From: Lama guanicoe
Lineage: Eukaryota
NCBI GenBank assembly: GCA_013239625.1
Contig: MU054049.1
Location: forward strand, 259,015-323,014
Direction: 5' to 3'
DNA: 64,000 bases
Shown: in pieces, positions 63,680 through 64,000 of the stretch
Position numbering within the stretch: the stretch's first letter is position 1
Layout: each line of letters begins with the position of its first letter
Translations under genes and position numbers: made by a program
Notes under the pieces: model-generated
Told to the model about the DNA's origin: nothing
The model's database searches: none
The model's input: the letters and a program-made list of their open reading frames with translations, nothing else

Positions 63680-64000
63680 ATGGAGCCCCCCAGACTCTTC
63701 GTGTACCACTGAGACAGCCAGCATCTCTAATCTTCCAAGCCAGTTTATTCACACGAGGAGACGCTTTCCCCATTTAGCTCCAGAGTCTCACTGGCCCTAC
63801 TTCCTATCTCTCCGGCCATCTTTTCCTCTCCCAGTCCATTCCCACTGACCTAGTTGCACCCTCATCACATATCACTCAGGCCACTGCAACCAAAAGGCCA
63901 TCTCACTAAAATGCATATGGCGCCACTTCCCTGCATAAAGTCATCTAAGATCTCTGGTCTCCAACCAAGAAGAGCGAAGTCTCTCAGGGCACAGTGCAAG
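63680..64000 (+). mobile_element. L2 fragment
   Basis: Pyrimidine-rich L2-like text (ccctacttcctatctctccggcc ... ccctcatcacatatcactcaggccactgcaac). Confidence 0.5.

Overview
Mammalian, non-microbial genomic DNA, most likely from a camelid. Three copies of a tRNA-derived SINE match my recollection of the camelid vic-1 type, and I see no Alu, Bov-tA/BovB or PRE1. The window reads as intergenic or deep-intronic. I recognise no cellular protein-coding gene, rRNA, true tRNA or CRISPR array, and the six-frame ORFs are chance ORFs or decayed LINE frames. A large part of the window is transposon fossils: old L1/HAL1, L2 and MIR; MaLR, ERVL and ERV1 solo LTRs; hAT and Tigger DNA transposons; and younger 5'-truncated L1 ends with target-site duplications (TSDs). 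The left ~22 kb is AT- and L1-rich, and the remainder is mostly GC-rich. The best leads are: a minus-strand chain of splice-site-flanked mini-exons including a 12-nt microexon; a ~51-bp-period CCAAT/DUX-like array; an ERV1 LTR with an intact octamer-CCAAT-TATA promoter; a perfect four-unit heat-shock element; a perfect CTCF core; and two L1 5' inversions. I cannot demonstrate a new biological system from sequence alone. Repeat family names come from memory of consensus sequences and need RepeatMasker/Dfam confirmation. Boundaries without TSDs are approximate.
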